NCBI GenBank assembly: GCA_000934665.2
Contig: JYFJ02000166.1
Span: forward strand, 124,001 to 188,000
Direction: 5' to 3'
Source of the DNA: Catajapyx aquilonaris
Taxonomy: Eukaryota
DNA: 64,000 nt
This document shows positions 62,201 through 64,000 of the stretch, piece after piece. A program made the translations under genes and the position numbers. The number at the start of each line of letters is the position of its first letter. Position 1 is the first letter of the stretch. A model generated the notes under the pieces. The model was not told the DNA's origin and did no database searches. It saw only the letters and a program-made list of their open reading frames with translations.

Positions 62201-64000
62201 CAACCTCACCCGCAGAGTGGAAGAAAATATCCGGAAACGATTTCATTCCGGAGGAAGAGAAGCGTCTCTCTGGAGGAGGGGGGGAAACAAGCTTGTTTCC
62301 AAGCTTGGCCTCTCTTTTCCTTCCTGTCCCGGACCTTCAACCATCTTTTTTTCTTCCTTTTTTTCTTTTGGGCAGACCTTCCCCATTTGGAACCGTACGG
62401 TGAGAAGAGAGGAAAAACCAAATTTGATTTAGGAGGTCTACAAACCTAGTGGTGGGTGGGTGGGTGCCAAGGTTTGTTTCCTCTCGCCTTCTGCCTCTCC
62501 CCTCACAGTTCTCTCTCTCTCCTTCCTCGGGATTCCAGCGCGAAAAAAGGGTAGGACCTCGTGCTCGGAATGGTGGAAAATCCTTTTGGGATGCAGAAGA
62601 GAGGACGGGCCGAGGAAACGGCGTGCGGACGACGATTCAACAAAAGCGCTGGGGTTACGGACCATGGGGTGCAGCCTTCAACTGTACGACTGGGGGGGGG
62701 GGGGGGGTGCAATCATCACCAAGCAGCTCCTGGTGAACACTGTACCCAGCAGCTTTATCCTTGCTGTTCGACCGACCCGCCACACAAAAGAGGTTTGCAG
62801 GTTTGCTCTGAACTGTCAGGATAAACATTTCTGTCAACGTACAGTACACACGTGCGGATCAGCCTGAGACCTGCCAACTGATAAGTACTTCGTTTTAAAA
62901 AGGGCGGAAGTAAGGGCTCAGCGTCAAAACTCCTAAGAAATTCACGAGCCGGCTTTCCCCCCCCCTTGAAGATGTCAAAAAAAGTTTGTGGCGAGCCCTG
63001 CTTGTCATTAAGTCTTTTGAAAACCTAGGGCCGCCCAGGGGTTGGCCTGCGAGTGAACGTCACACTTGGCTTGTTCAGGGCCGGCCGGCAGTCACGGATG
63101 TCCAATTTCCGCTCTCGTTCAGCTGCAAGGCGAATTTACATCAAAGCACGCGCCTTTTAGCAGCAGAGACCCACCAAAAGACTGGTCCTATAGCAGCAGC
63201 AACCTGGATCGAAGGCTGCTGCTGCATCAGAGGAGGAGGAGGAGAACAAGAGAAGTCTCCCCTCATCACATCTTATCGTTTGCATGCTTCTTCGGACACG
63301 AGCTGCCCCATCCCTCAACATCCCCTTCTCCAGAAGAAGGACCGTAGGAAATGACCCTTTGGATGTATTCGATACCGCCAGAAATGGCGAACATCTTGTC
63401 ACTGACGGTACCTTGTATATAAAAGGGAGGGGGAAGGAACAAAAGAAAGTTTTGAACGAAAGTGTTTCATGCCGAATCGATCCATATCGGAAAAACGTGG
63501 CCTGGTGTACTGGAGGAAAGCTCCGGTAAGACAAGACGTGCCCTTTTGAGCAAGGCAAGGGACTTGATTGGCGGCGGTCAGTTTCAAAATACATCCCGCT
63601 CCGAAAGTTTCAAAACCACCTGCCATACATATATCCATCCGAGAGCTGCTCTTTCACGGTGGCTACCAGGGCGTTTCCCTGCAGAGTGAGTTATATCTAA
63701 TTTCAGCTAGACGGTGTGCATAAAGTGGGAGGCGGCCGTATAGGTATGGAGGAGCTCTTTTTACGAGCTTTCAGGTGCGGGGGAGTTAGGGAAAAGCCTT
63801 CTATATCTATTCACTGGATGTGGAGGAGAGGTTGGGAGGAAAGGGCGGGAGGGACATGCTGCCCGCCTTGGCACCAGTCCAGAGCTCATTAGTTGCCCGG
63901 AATGGTGAGCTGGGTGTGACTACCCCCCCACCCCCAACTCGTCACACCCCAATCCCCTTTTCCTCTAACCCCTTCAGCACAAAAGGTAACTCCGGGGAAG

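Noticed and set aside
53281..64000. 5' exons of pgant9 or nested genes
   Set aside because: No recognisable GalNAc-T stem/N-terminal motif or other protein family; appears intronic.

Overview
Eukaryotic (arthropod-type, intron-rich) genomic DNA; most ORF-track entries are spurious. Three spliced genes were reconstructed by hand from splice signals and frame continuity. (1) + strand, BCL9/legless (HD1, HD2, HD3; huge Gly/Pro/Met-rich last exon, stop at 30765). Four small upstream exons (3022-13400) splice into it in frame and encode a WHIM1-WHIM2-WHIM3 module of the RSF1/CECR2 (ISWI-partner) type. The 5' end of this long model lies left of 3022, probably outside the window. (2) + strand, an atypical dual-specificity phosphatase (DUSP3/VHR-like, 33662-35224) with two tandem homologous middle exons that are obligately mutually exclusive by frame. 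(3) - strand, polypeptide GalNAc-transferase of the pgant9 type (3' part, 53280->45907) with two alternative lectin alpha-repeat exons and an intron 1 nt after the stop. Repeats: two TTAA-flanked piggyBac-type MITEs, a ~2.2 kb foldback inverted repeat with tRNA-like heads, and microsatellites. The most striking candidate novelty is the WHIM-BCL9 chimeric isoform, which would link an ISWI-recruiting module directly to the beta-catenin/Pygopus adaptor. All domain calls come from motif recognition; no searches were run.
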